Part shown: positions 14,177 through 27,440 of the stretch, in pieces
How positions within the stretch are numbered: position 1 is the first letter of the stretch
Layout: each line of letters starts with the position of its first letter
Source of the DNA: Octopus vulgaris
Lineage: Eukaryota
DNA length: 64,000 nt
Assembly (NCBI GenBank): GCA_951406725.2
Contig: OX597822.1
Location: 18,786,001-18,850,000, forward strand
Direction: 5' to 3'
Notes under the pieces: model-generated
Told to the model about the DNA's origin: nothing
What the model saw: the letters and a program-made list of their open reading frames with translations, nothing else
Database searches by the model: none
Made by a program: the position numbers and the translations under genes

Positions 14177-14845
14177 AGTGATAGAACAAGGGCTAACCTT
14201 GTATTATACAAACTGAAACAGATATTTATATCACCTCTGGTTAGAACGGCAGATCATTGCAGGTAACATTCCTGTTCCTGATAGCTATATGAAATGAGGT
14301 TTTATGGAATAAATTGAAATGCCTGCAGCATATTTAACCTTATGATCCCCAGGCTTGCAATCTTACAGTTATCCATCTGCCATTTCACCTCTACAATATG
14401 TATGAAGTTTTTAAATTTATGGCACATAGATTCTCGTTTTGGAGAGAGTACAGAGTGTGTTAAGCAAGATTTGGCTGCTAAATTGAATCGGTAAAATAAA
14501 TATGTAGAAAATTCTTTGTTTGCTCATGTAGCTCTTTGTCTGACAGCAAGGCAGCTAGATATCTTAAAATCATTTTCTAAATATCAACAAGGATAGAATT
14601 AATAGAATGAATCTGCTAGAAGGTACATCATTTAAGAACAAAGAGGCTTTTAATAATGAGAACTGAAAATGCAGAGAATAGCCAGCTTTTCTTTGAATTA
14701 TGGCCTGATTTTATCAAAGAAATATAGATGGAATAGAGCTATATAAGTGATATTTCATGGAAGCTTTATATTTTATCTTAGTCATATCAATTGGAGATGT
14801 CCTGAAGTTCTAAGTGATTTAATTTGGTACTTTTTCACTGAATAT

Positions 14846-15986
14846 GTTTGTCTTTTCCAATTTATCAAAGTTTTACAGTCACATTAGTTGTTGTTGTTGT
14901 TGTGTAGTGCCAGGTCATCCATGATCAGGCAGTCCTGTAATACATAAGCCATTGACTGAACCCAAAGATCCATCATCCCAGTTATCCCATGTCCTCACCC
15001 ACCCAGCTGAGGACCATATTGCACAACCTGACATATGGAAAAGAATCTAAGGGTTATAAAGTGTAACACTCTAGACATGTTACACTTCCTAAATTTTATT
15101 CTTGGTTCCACTGGTTAATATCTTCCTTCTGTTGATATAATCAGGTCCGCTGGGGGAGCTAACTGCTAAAACATCCATCTATCGTCTTCTGGGAGGATTG
15201 AGGGGGTAAAGTTCTAAGCAACCATCATTGCACATTCTTGCTGGATCCCTAAGCATGACCAGCTGAAATTATGGATATTATCCAACCATCTCATTCTTGG
15301 CCTACCCCTAGGATTCTGCTGGTTGATTTGGCTTGATGAATCTGTTTTTGCAATTCTTTCCTGTGACATTCTAATCATATCTCCAAATTACTAGAGTTGT
15401 GACCTTTCAATGCAGGAAAGTAGCACCTCAACCTACAGAGACTCCCTGAGCTATGAATCCTGTTGAGTAATGATACTCCAGAGATCCTTTGGAAGAATCC
15501 CATTTCAGCTGCTGGTATTCACTTGTATGTCCAAAACATGACATTGTATTTTTTAAAATTGATTTGTGCCACGTAACTGGTTATAAAATTACCAATGCAT
15601 TCAGGTTGACCTTCATTTAAATCTGGATTAGAGTAAAAATTATTTTCTTATTCTGCCAGAATATGAATGGTTTTTGTAAGTGAAAGATATTAATCATCTG
15701 AACATAGAATAAAACTTACAAAGTGCAACATGTCCAGAGTGTCACACTTTATGACCCTAAGAGAAAGTAATATGTCTGGACTGTCATAATTTATTCCACT
15801 ATGTAAGGTTGTGCAATATAGCTGGGTGGGTGGGTGAGGACATGGGATAATTGAGATGTTTGATTTTGGGGCTCAATGACTTCTGTATTACAGGGGCTCT
15901 CTCATCATGGATGACCTGGCTCTACACAACAACAACAGCAACAATTAATATGACTTCAAAAGTTTGATAAATTGGAAACGACAAAC
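14846..15986. repeat. Long degenerate inverted repeat (arms ~14846-15103 and ~15706-15986)
   Basis: Matching inverted blocks include ttccaatttatcaaa/tttgataaattggaa, ccaggtcatccatgat/atcatggatgacctgg, ttatcccatgtcctcacccacccagct/ggtgggtgaggacatgggataa and acactctagacatgttacactt/aagtgcaacatgtccagagtgt. Confidence 0.85.
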
Positions 15987-17446
15987 TTAATGAAATAATG
16001 TATTTTCTACAAAGGCATTGTCAAGATATTTCCGTAAAAAATGATCTTCCTTTCAATCCTATAAACAATGATTTTCTTTCCTGCTCTTTGGTGGAATGAG
16101 GTGAGGGGAGGGGAGCAGCAGCATAGCCTTTGCATGTCTTCCAAGATTGGTGAAATTGATGCCATTAATATTCCTCTTAACACTTTGAAAGTGAACAAGT
16201 GTGGGACTGATAGGAGCCAGAAAAGAATTCCTGATGGCTGACATCCTGAATAGTAAGGATTGAATCTAGTGATTAGTGCAGAGCCAGGAGAAGTGGAGTA
16301 TAAACTAGGACACAATATGAGATGAATGGGTTGAGAATGCCTGAGAGTAGGAGCAGCATGAGCCCAAGCCCGGCAGTGATAGAAGACAGTGAAAGGAGTC
16401 AGGTCAACTGTGCACCAGAGGCTGGCTCATATCTGAGAGTGATTTTCTGCTAGTCACTTGGGTGGGTCTTTTCTGGATGCTATCTAGGATGTGGGTACAG
16501 TAGCACCATGTAATATCACTATATTCCTTTGGGAGCCTCACCAAAGCTTTCTAGAGTATTTGTAATTGTAGAATGGTTTGTAAATGCTGAATTTCTCTGT
16601 CATTCATCATCATGATCATCATCATTGAGGCTTCTGAAGCCATTTTGGGACTGTAGTGGAATCTGGCCCATGCCAACGTGGTGAAAAAAAAACCTTAAAG
16701 AACTGGATAGTAAAATTACAATGGTAATGATGATGATGATGGCGGTGTTGGTGATTGTAGTGGTGGTGATATAAATGATACAGATGATGATATAAATTTT
16801 CAGCTTTTCATAAAATTTAGTCAACTTTCTAGCTCAATGTCTCACAACAGAAATAGATCATGTTAAAAGGTCTCCTGGGATTGCTTGATGCACATCTTTG
16901 GGTTCAGAAGTTTATATATTCCAGATATATAAACAATGTAATAGTTATAACTGAAGCAAACAGTTAAAGTTGGCTTTTAATAAAGATAGAAACACTGGGT
17001 TTAAAGGCAGCTAATGAGACGTTCTCTCATAAAACTTTGATCTGTGTTTCTAAATTGAGAAGATACAATAGTCTAATTGTCATTCGTATAAAAGAAATTC
17101 ATATAGAAGAATATTCCTATAACAAAGCTAGATAATGATAGCTATAGCTCAGTGACTGCAAGCTGAAGTGCAGTAATTTCTGGAGCATAATAACAATCAT
17201 GTGACTAATCTTCCAAATTGTTACCATGGCTTAGAATGAAGTCTAACTTGACGTGAAGATTACAAGATGAATTTTTATATTTATAATGCTTGATTTATTA
17301 TTGCAACAAAGTTCCTGTTTGCTGAATGTTATTCAGTCTTATTATAATTCCTGGTAGACAGAATGAAACAATTTTAGACTCAGCTCATATAAATAATTGA
17401 CTGACAAGTCACAAAAGTAGATTTATGGCAAGTGGTTAATGCATGC

Positions 17447-17480
<34 letters not shown>

Positions 17481-17504
17481 ATGTATGTATGTTTGTATGT
17501 ATAT

Positions 17505-17785
17505 ATTCTTTTGTTCTTTTATTTCCTTCGGTCATTTGATGGCAGTCATGCTGGAGCACTGCCTTTAGTCGAACAAATAGACCCCAGTACTTATGATTTG
17601 CAAGCCTAGTACTTATTCTATCGGTCTCTTTTGCCAAACTACTAAGTTACGGGGGCATAAACACACCAACATCAGTTGTCAAGCGATGGTGGTGGGGACA
17701 AACAGATACACAAACACACACACACACACACATATGTACAATAGGCTTCTTTCAGTTTCTGTCTACCAAATCCACTCACAAGGTA
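17505..17785 (-). mobile_element. tRNA-derived SINE (major family), head cut off by the adjacent LINE
   Basis: Reverse complement of the body and tail of the SINE at 34106-36140 (catgctggagcactgcc, cctagtacttattctatcgg, caaatccactcacaagg). Confidence 0.8.
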
Positions 17786-17793
17786 TATATATA

Positions 17794-18765
17794 TCATCAT
17801 CATCATCAGTGTTTAACGTCTGTTTTCCATGCTGGCATGGGTTGGACGGTTTGATTGAGGACTGGGAAGCCTGGAGGCTGCACCAGGCCCCAATCTGATC
17901 TGGCACTGTTTCTACAGCTAGATGCCCTTCCTAACACCAACCACTCCAAGAGTGTAGTGGGTGCTTTTTATGTGCCACGGGCATGGAAGCCAATCAAAGT
18001 GGCACTGGTATCAGCCACATTCGGATGGTACTTTTTACATGCTACAAGCATGGGGTTCACAACTACAATTTCCATTTGATTTGATTTTGGTGTTGATGTT
18101 GATGTACTTGACTCAATAGATATCCTCAAGCATGACATGTCGCCCTACAATCCAAGGTACTTTTGAGTGGACTGGATACGTGACACTGGTGTAGGTTAGA
18201 GCTGTGGACTCACTTTATTTGCTGGGTTTTCTCAGTCACAGCATACCTCCAGAGGTCTCGGTCTTTTGTCATTGCCTCTGTGAGGCCCGGCGTTCAAAGG
18301 TCATGCTTCACCACCTTATCCCATGTCTTCTTGGGTCTCCCTCTACCCCAGATTCCTTCAACTGTTTGGGAGTGGCATAGCTCTTCTTGTCAATCCACAG
18401 TATATGACCATACCAATCCAAACATCTCTCTTGCATGCCACATCCAATGCTTCTTATACCTAACATTTCTCTCAGGGCACTTACACTCTGTCATGTGTGC
18501 ACACTGACATTACACATCCAGTGGATCATGCTAGCTTCAATTCTTTCGAGCCTACGCATGTCTTCAGCAGTCATGGCTCATGTTTCATTGCCATGAAGCA
18601 TGGCAGTTCGCACACATGCATCATACCTTTCCCCCTGAGTGAGAGGCCCTTTGTCACCAGTAGGGGAAGAAGCTTTCTGAACTTTGTCCAGGCTATTCTT
18701 ATTCTAGTGGTAACAGTCTCTGAGCATCCACCCCAACTACAGACTTGGTTACCTAGGTATTCTAC
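17794..18765 (-). mobile_element. RTE-clade LINE 3' fragment
   Basis: Same 3' UTR and ORF2 C-terminal blocks as 781-2405 and 8715-9745. Confidence 0.8.
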
Positions 18766-18870
18766 TGATGATGATGATGGGTCTTTGTACCTGAAACATA
18801 TAAAGGTTATTTAATTTTCTTCTTTGCATTGTTAGAAACTCCTTTCTTTTTGGTTTTTGTTATTCTACTG

Positions 18871-18919
<49 letters not shown>

Positions 18920-18949
18920 CACACACACACACACACACAAACACACACT

Positions 18950-19322
18950 CTAGCTTAAAATCCACCCAATAGGATGGCTTTTAAATAACTAACTCCTAAT
19001 GGGAAAAATCTGCAAATAGATCTCCAACTTGCTTGGGAGAATTTGTTGCAATTGCTTCCTCCAGAGTCATATCCCAATGATGATCATATTATTTGTCACT
19101 AAAAATCATGAAAAAAAAAATCTCCAAAAAAAATACAGTAATGGAAACATAGTAATCCAAAATTTCAAGTTTGCAGGTCCAGATTCAGCCCAGAATGTTT
19201 TTAATTTACTCAAGGAGTCAGCCTGATTCCAAAATGGTATGATATGTTGGGCTACGGCCTCTAGTTGAAAAAATGTGACACACTGACACACAGAAATTAG
19301 TTTCCTCATTTATTATATTAGA
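18950..19322 (-). mobile_element. Short non-autonomous Helitron-like element
   Basis: The minus strand begins A|TCTAATATAATAAA and ends ...AAGCTAG, with an imperfect hairpin (ccatcc..gggtgg) just upstream of the CTAG end. Confidence 0.5.
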
Positions 19323-20534
19323 TATGTATGTATGCATACACTAACACACACACACAACATGGCTATTGGGTTAAAAACTTCCCATTCAAAAACCATACAT
19401 GACTGCTTGGGTAAATGTTTTCTATCATTGTTGTAGATTGTTTAATAGCTTGTGAGTGTGGCTGAGGCTGTGTGGAAGCGCACCAAATGTGTGTGTGTGT
19501 GTCAGTAGGTGGATGGGTGCACGTGTGTGTGTGTACATGTTAGTACATGTGTGTGTGCATGCCTAATAACTGTTATTACATCCACCTGTACCCAGGCATT
19601 TGAACTTTGCAGACTTCCATAACAGATGATGATAGCAGCAGAGAGCCCATAGCACGCTCAGTTGGTGTCACATTTTACTGAAAATGATTGTGTCTTCACT
19701 GGATCAATTCAGTCCTTGATGGTCATGCTCAGCTGGAAACCAGTATTAAACCATGCTATGGATAAATAAGAGTGCATATAACATACTGGAATATGCATTA
19801 TATGCATGTATAAGTATAAATATGCTTGTGTGATGTTTATACATTTGCAAAATGCACTTTTGAACATTAGCCATATCAATTCCACCACAAGGGTAAGATC
19901 CAGTGGAGACCATTGGTGTCCTTTTCCTTTTGACTAAACTGTTTTGTACACAGACAACCTTGACCATATCCAGAAGAGTGTTAAATGATTGATTGCAGTT
20001 CAGTCCCTGATGGTCATGCTCAGCCTCTAGCTCACATGTGTATCATCTCCTTTCTCTCTTCTTTTTTTTATATTTTTATTTGTCTTATAAAGAACTTTAG
20101 TAAGGTACATGGTTGAGAGGTTAGGGTGTTGCACTCAGGATCAAAAGATCATGATTTCAATTCCCAAACTGGGTGGCACATTGTGTTCTTGAGTACTTCA
20201 GCTCCTCTTGCTTCAGTCCAGTCAGCTGTAAATGGGTTCCACCAATAACTAGGAAGTTAACCTTACAACAGACAGGTGTCCTGTTCGGAGGACACTCGTC
20301 TGTTACTCGTACACCATGGAAACCAGTCTTGTGAGTGATAAGGTTCACAAACGAATAGAAGAAAGAACTTTCATCCTCAGAGCTGACTGATCTTATATTT
20401 CTACCACTCAGGCACACCTGACCCACTCCTTTGTACACCACTTGTCACTCTTGGTGCATCAACCACACCCCATTCTCAGCCTGGCACTAACCATTATAGC
20501 AGTTCTTTGTCCATGCTACATCAGCTAACTAGAA

Positions 20535-20708
20535 TAATGGTTCTCAACCATTTTAATATCCATGCCTGATTTTGGCGGAACTCACATCAAAAGCAGTTAA
20601 ACATGAGTTAGTTAAAGAAAAAAATGGTTATATTTATTGAGGGAAGAACGCTGGGAGGTGGGGGGGGCTACTAGAAGGATGCTTAAGGGCTGCAGTTGAG
20701 AACCACTA
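20535..20708. mobile_element. hAT (Charlie-type) MITE
   Basis: TIRs taatggttctcaac / gttgagaaccacta. The 8-bp flanks AACTAGAA / CTCTAGAA fit the NTCTAGAN target preference. Confidence 0.7.
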
Positions 20709-20923
20709 CTCTAGAATTTTCTCACTGCTCATGTTTGTCCGGCTGGGGTTGACCAGCAATGTTTTAAATAGAACATTAACCATATCAATACCATATCTTA
20801 TAGAACATGTAAAGATCATGGGTAATGCTTCTTTCTCCAAAATTAAAAATTTCCAAAATAAATCTGTAAAATGAAAATCATTATACTCACCCATTAATTG
20901 GTAAATTAATTACTCTTTTATAG

Positions 20924-21039
20924 GCATCAGTTTGTTGGCCCCAAACCTGGAACATATGTGGGGAAATTCATCATAGAGCAATGGAAAAAATTGAAGGTAA
21001 CATTAATGCTGTGAATGAACAACGGAAAGAGAAGATGCA
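20924..21039 (+). CDS. Putative internal coding exon of an unidentified host gene (116 nt; ASVCWPQTWNICGEIHHRAMEKIEGNINAVNEQRKEKM)
   Basis: Pyrimidine-rich acceptor tactcttttatag|G and consensus donor CA|gtgagt. Only one frame is open across the full length, and the sequence is non-repetitive with protein-like composition. No homology recognised. Confidence 0.5.
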
Positions 21040-21211
21040 GTGAGTAAATTCCAGTTTTCATTTCCATTTTTTTAGTTTCTTTCTTTCTTTTCAGAATTTT
21101 TTGGGAAGTTTATTCACTGGATTGTGCAAGAAGTGGGGAAAAAATCTAATGTTTCATACACTTACCTTTTTCTAGGAGGTGGGGAGATTTTACCTACTAA
21201 TTACTTGGATA

Positions 21212-21449
21212 CAGTAACCCCTCGCCATATCATGGTTCACCTATTGTAGTTCACCTGTCTAGGTTTATTATTTAAGCTTACATTGATCTCTCTGTGGTGT
21301 TGTTTTGCATTTATAATAAAATAAATATATACAAATTATAAAAATAATAAAAAAACATATACAGTACAGTATTGTTCCTATTTCTCAGATTTCCCCCTAT
21401 TGTGGGTTTTTTTTCGAACATAACACCCACAATAGTCGAGGGATTACTC
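21212..21449. mobile_element. pogo/Tigger-like MITE
   Basis: TA|CAGTAACCCCTCG ... CGAGGGATTACTC|TA inverted termini with TA flanks. Confidence 0.7.
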
Positions 21450-22070
21450 TACTGTCAGTTCTTAGAAGCGTTTGAATTCACTCTATTACATACGTGAAAA
21501 GAACTTACTACATTTGTATTTTGTATGCAGAACACTCTTCCCGGAATTATTTTCTCTCACTGTGATGATGTTGATATTCATAAACAGTATCATTTCATGA
21601 CTCTTGTTTCATTGTCATCATCATCGTCATCATCATTTTAATCTCTACTTGATCCATCCTTGATGCATCAGACAGGATGCATTGAAATAGTTTTCAACAG
21701 CCTGATGCTCTTCCTGTTGCCAACATTCATCTGTTTCCAAGCAACATCAGATTTTCCCTAAACTGGATATGTTTTTCATTTAACTGGTAAGTGTTTTATT
21801 GTTCATAATCTTTCAAGCACACATTTTATGGAGTCATCAGTATAGAGGAATGGAAGTTGTCTCAAGTAGCATTGTCGATATTTTTTTGACTTAGTTTCTA
21901 AATCTAAAAGGTGGTGATGCTGATAATGGTAGTGATAGGGGTTGAATGCATGTATGTAAGTATGTGTGTCTGTATGCATGTATGCATGTAAGTGCATGTG
22001 TCTTCATAAAATGGTGTATCAAGTTGTGTCCTTTTGCACCAAAAGTAATTTAGCCATTTGATAAATAGAG

Positions 22071-22845
22071 ATCATCCTCATCATCGTTTAATGTCTGCTT
22101 TCCATGATGGCATGGGTTGGATGGTTTGGCCAGGGACTGGCAAGCCAGGAGGGTGCACCAGGCTCCAATCTGATCTGGTAAGGTTTCTACAGCTAGATGC
22201 CTTTCCTAATGCCAACCACTCTGACAGTGTAGTGGGTGCTTTTTACATGCCACCGGCACGGGGGCCAGTCAGATGGAACTGGCATCAACCATACTCAAAT
22301 AGTGCTTTTTATGTACCACCAGCATGGAAGTCAGTTTGATGGCACTGGGAAGAACCATGCTCGAATGGTGCTTTTTACATTCCACCAGCGCAGGACCACT
22401 TAGGCAGCACTGGCATCAACCACAACAATGATTTCACTTGCCTCAACAGGTCTTCTCAAGCATAGAATATTGCCTAGTGATTGAAGGGTACTCTTAAATG
22501 GGCCGGTTATGCAGCACTGGCATAGACCACAGCTATGATCTCACTTGGCTTGTCAGGTCTTCTCAAGGACAGCATATCACCAAAGGTCTCAGTCACTTGT
22601 CATTGCCTCTGCAAAGCCCAACGTTTGACAGTCATGCTTCACCACCTCATCCCAGGTCTTCCTGGGTCTACATCTTCCATAGGTCCCTTCCACTGTTAGG
22701 GTGTGACACTTCTTCACACTGCTGTCATCATCCATACGCAACACATGACCATACCAGCACAGTCATCTCTGTTGCACACCACATCTGATGTTTATGCCCA
22801 ACTTTTCTCTCAGGGTGCTTACACTCTGACATGTATGCACACTGA
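22071..22845 (-). mobile_element. RTE-clade LINE 3' fragment
   Basis: Same family blocks as the other copies. Confidence 0.8.
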
Positions 22846-23324
22846 TCAATAAAATGAAAAGCAGACTGAAATAGGTATCGGAATTCAAACTAAGCAACTA
22901 AGAAACACGACTCAGCTGTACATAATCCACTGAATAAAAGGGAAAAGAGTAAAGTTACAATTTGAGGTTGGGGTGTAATTGATTTCATTAGAATGGTTTT
23001 CATCCCACCTTCCCTCCCTCATAAGGACTCTGAATTGCAGCATTAGGCTTAGATGTATTTGAACCCAGAATAGATTAGATCATAAATGTCAGATTCTGAG
23101 TTTGATTTGCATCAGGTTCACAAAGCTTTTCTTTTTACAGGGTGTTCACACTTAGTGAAATTGCCTTTATTATGTTCAGGGTTCTTATTTTATGATACAC
23201 TGAAGAGATGAAACCCTTCAGACAGGATTTCGGCCTTACAACAGCAGGGCTTCACATTAATCCCACAGGGGAGAAGTTATTTAGTCTGATCATTTCAGCT
23301 GCTGTGCCATCCCAATGTTGTCTT

Positions 23325-23720
23325 CATCAACATTATTGCCATCATAATCATTACCATCTCCATAACCATAACAGTCATCACCATCTCCACCGCCACCACC
23401 ACCACCACCACCATCATCATCATTACTATTACCATCTCAACTATTACTATCACTGTTACAATCACCATAACTATTGCTATTTCTGCTCCCATAATTTTCA
23501 TTAATGTCATCATCATCATCATCATCACCTCTACTTTTATCATCATCTTCATCACCACCACAACCACTACAATCATCATTCTCATTATCACCACCACTGT
23601 CATCATGATGATTCCTCTCATCATCATCATCATAATTGTCCTCACCACCACCTCCACCACTGCCATTGTCTCCACAATGGTTCCTATCATCATCGTCATC
23701 ATCATTGTAATTACCATTTT
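23325..23720. repeat. Degenerate (CAT/CAC)n low-complexity tract
   Basis: Directly visible; source of the His-rich and Met/Val-rich ORFs. Confidence 0.9.
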
Positions 23721-24369
23721 AATGTCCAACTATTTTTCATGCTGGCTTTGGTAGAAGTATTTGGTAGTCAATAAATTAAGAGCAATCTGTGAATTTAAAT
23801 TATCCATTCAAGCATTTAGATGGTTATCTGAGTATTTTGATTCTACCTGAACAGAGATGCCTCAAAAAATTATGGCAACATTTTTATGCTGTTGTGTTTT
23901 AGGGATTGTTCTTTTTTCTTTTACTTTTGTGTTATGCAGCTGTGCATCTTCCCCAACCCTCCCCAACCAGCAAACTAGCAGGTATGGCCTTGTTTTTGTT
24001 GGAATAATTCTTTTTACGGTTGGATACCTTTCCTGCAACTAACTTACTCAACTGTGACAGTAAAAAATATTTGTTGACAGTCAGGCAAACTAAAGCAAAT
24101 AGAATATTACAAATTCTTTCAGAATTAAAAATAAAAAAAACCATGAACTTTGCATTTGGACTTAGCAAATGGTCACTCTTTTCTTTGTTGATCAAACTCT
24201 GAAGGTTTGGAGGGATTAGTGAGTGTTTGTGTTTTACAATATTTGTTCTAAATTTCTGGTTTCAAATGTTTTCAAGATCAGTTTTTTTCTTCCATTCTTT
24301 CAAGGTCAATAGAATAAAAGACAAGTTCATTTAATCTACTAACCCCCACCCCTACCAAATTTGTGACCT

Positions 24370-24682
24370 TGCTTTCTCTCTCTCCCCTCTCTCTCTATTT
24401 CTGTCTCTCCCTTCTTCCCTCTGTCTCTCTTTGTCTCTTTCTCCCTGTTTCTCTCTCTCTCACTTTCTCTCTTTTTCTTTCTCTCCCCCTCTCTCTCTAT
24501 TTCTGTTTCTCCTTTCCTCTCTCTCTCCCCTTGTCTCTTTCTCTCTCTTTTTCTCTCCCTCCCCTTCTCTCTCTCTCCCTCTCTCTCTATTTCTGTCTCT
24601 CCCTTCCTTCCTCCCTCTCTCTCTCTCTCTCTTTGTCTCTTTCTCTCTCTCTCACTTTCTTTTTCTCTCCCTCCCTTTTTCT

Positions 24683-24717
<35 letters not shown>
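24370..24717. repeat. Polypyrimidine (CT)-rich tract
   Basis: About 350 bp of almost pure C/T on the + strand. Confidence 0.9.
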
Positions 24718-24718
<1 letters not shown>

Positions 24719-27084
24719 GCTCCATTTGTCATGCCTACAAGTATTGGTACCATGGGCCTCCATGATCTTTTACTCCCCACACAACTCAGCACATTTTTTT
24801 TTGTTGTTGCATATATTCCATAAAGATTCATGGCATTTCATGGGAAAGATACAGCAGTTGTTTCCTGTTACCTTCAGCTAGTTTATCTATTGTTTAATAA
24901 TCTAGTCTTCTGCTCCCCAGAGCTTCCCCTTGAAACACAAGACCTATTCAACCCTTAGAGAGGGAGACAGATTTATGTGATATCAGGTGAAACAATTGTA
25001 AACCAGGTACAATTTTATTTACCATATTTATTCATAAGTCTCATCCCTAATTTAGTGTTACATCTCAGAACAAAATTTTTCCCTTCATAGTTTTGGCTTT
25101 GCATTAAGTCAGACCCCATTTTTTTTTTTTTTAGTTAAAATCGAATATAAGAGCATGTAACTTATACACAAGTAAATACAGTAACTTTAGTTATAGATAA
25201 ATGAGGACCTGCTGTCATGTGGTGATCAAATTCGATATTTTAAACTATTTTAAATTAAATTAAACAACTGCCTTTCCACCATACATTTCATTCCTCTTTA
25301 TTTTCAATCAAAACTGCAAGTAAATATTTTGGGTCGTTTCTCTTCATATATTTTATTTTGTAATACTGCTATTAATCAGAGATTTTCTGTTTCATGTTGT
25401 GGCAGTTGTGTATCCTTTTAGAGATTTCACAAAAGCAATGACACCGAGCTAAAATTACCACCATCATGTATAATTTAGCATCAATTTTCACCTGCAGATT
25501 TAAATAAGTGAGCAAAATAACCTTTGTATTCGAGTGTTTATCACCCATTGTATATGATATTTCCAGTTCCCAAACAGCACATTCCATTACTAGAGAGATG
25601 CAAATTATTTTCCCTTCTCAACTTTGCCATCTTTAACCAACAGCTGCGTTCCTCTGCGTTTACTTAACTCATCTCACTTTTACACAACTTGGATAACTCT
25701 AATTCCCAACTGCTTTATATGTTTTTTTTCCCTTTGTTTTGCCACTACCATCACCTTCCCTACCATTGTTTATTTTACAAGTCTTTTCCAGATTCATTTA
25801 CAATTCCAATAATTCATATTTTGGTTAATCTTCTTCGGTTTTTAAATGTCTTCTTTCCCAGTTATTACTCACATGTCTAATATTATACCATATCATAATT
25901 CTGAGATACATGGCGCCATCTAGTTGTCCTTTTAAGAAGGAATTGTGTCTTTGTTATTTTTGAACAGTTATTAAGTGTTTTGATAGTTTTTTTTTTTTGG
26001 TTTTTTTTTTGTAAGATTTCATGCTTTCTAGAGAGAAAATTCAATGTATTTGACTCTTTGGAACTTCCAAAACTGGGAGGAGTGGGGAAGGAGGAAATCA
26101 TCACAAACCAGAGATCTGGCCTGAATGCATGCATCCATGTAAGCCCACTAAAGGCACCAAAGGACCAGGTGACAGTGTTAAACAGGGCAACAGATTAATT
26201 TCACCATCCAAGTAGGCCATAGTGAGATTTGAACTCAGTACCCAAAAGGGCCAGATCAAATACTGCAAGGTATTCTATTTAAATTGGAATCTGCTAAAAG
26301 CACCCACAGTGCCTGGTATCATGTTTAATCGAGCAAAAGATGAAGTCTACCACATAAGAAGATCATGTGGGAAATTGAATTCAGAATATGCAAAGCCTGA
26401 ATGAATCTCAAAAAGCATCTCATTCAAGGTTCTAACAATCCTTCCAATCCACCACCATTGATGGCCACTTTGTTTGATAATCCCAAAAAGATGAAAGACA
26501 CAGTTTAATTAGTTGCTGCTGTTGCTGCTAATAAGCAGTCTCAGATAAGTTCTGGCATGCAAGGAATTGGTGAAGCAACTAGATACGTTTCACAGATCTC
26601 TTATTCCACTCTAACTGTGTCTCCATTTAGCCAGGAAAAAAGAAAAAAAAGCATATTGCATACTCCAGCATGTATTGCTAGTATAATATATGAGGTACAG
26701 TGTCTTGATTCCTGGATCAGAGAGTATGTTGTATTCTTGAATAAAACACCTCATTTCACACAGCTCCAGTCCACTCAGCTGTAAATAAGGAACTCTGCAA
26801 TGGACTGGCATTTGGTTCTGGGGCTCTGCTGTGATCCTTACAAATCCCAGATCTCCAGACAGCAATGTCCAGGGTTTGGTGATATACAGTGTTCCACTCA
26901 TTCCACTGTCCTTGCTGGATCAAAGACTTTCCGCTCATGACCACCTCATTGCTTAGTAGTATATCTAGGACTACATAATTCAATGTATCAATATCACTGG
27001 TCTCCAGGGATCTATGAAGGTCTATGGACACTACTTCTCTCTCCAGATTCAGCAATTTTAAAAGAAAAGGGAGAAAAAACATAT

Positions 27085-27440
27085 GCAGGCATAGTTGTAT
27101 GGTTAAGAATCTCACTTTGCAAGGATGTGGTTTTGAGTTCTGTCCCACTGGGCGATTCCTTGGCCTAGAGTCTTCTATTATAGTCCCAGGTTGACCAATG
27201 TTTTGTGAGCAAATTTGGTAGATGGAAACTGTGCAGAGTCTCATCCATTATATTTGTGTATGTGTGTGCCTGTGTGTTTGTGTGTGTGACTTTGTGTTTA
27301 CGTTTGTCACCAATAGAATAAGTATCAGATTTTAAAAAATTTAAGTCCTGGGGTCAATTATTCAACTTAACACTTCAAGGTGGGTGCCCCAGCATGGCCA
27401 CAGTTGATTAACTGAAACAAGTAATAGCTAAAAGATAAAA
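27085..27440 (+). mobile_element. tRNA-derived SINE (major family, degenerate)
   Basis: A-box-like gtatggttaag and B-box-like gagttctgtccc, body tttggtagatggaaactg, tail ccccagcatggccacag..actgaaacaagtaa. Confidence 0.7.

Noticed and set aside
23208-23729. His-rich and Met/Val-rich ORFs
   Set aside because: Degenerate (CAT/CAC)n repeat with no splice or domain support.
24339-24881. ER-rich and SL-rich ORFs of 128-172 aa
   Set aside because: Translations of the CT/GA low-complexity tract.
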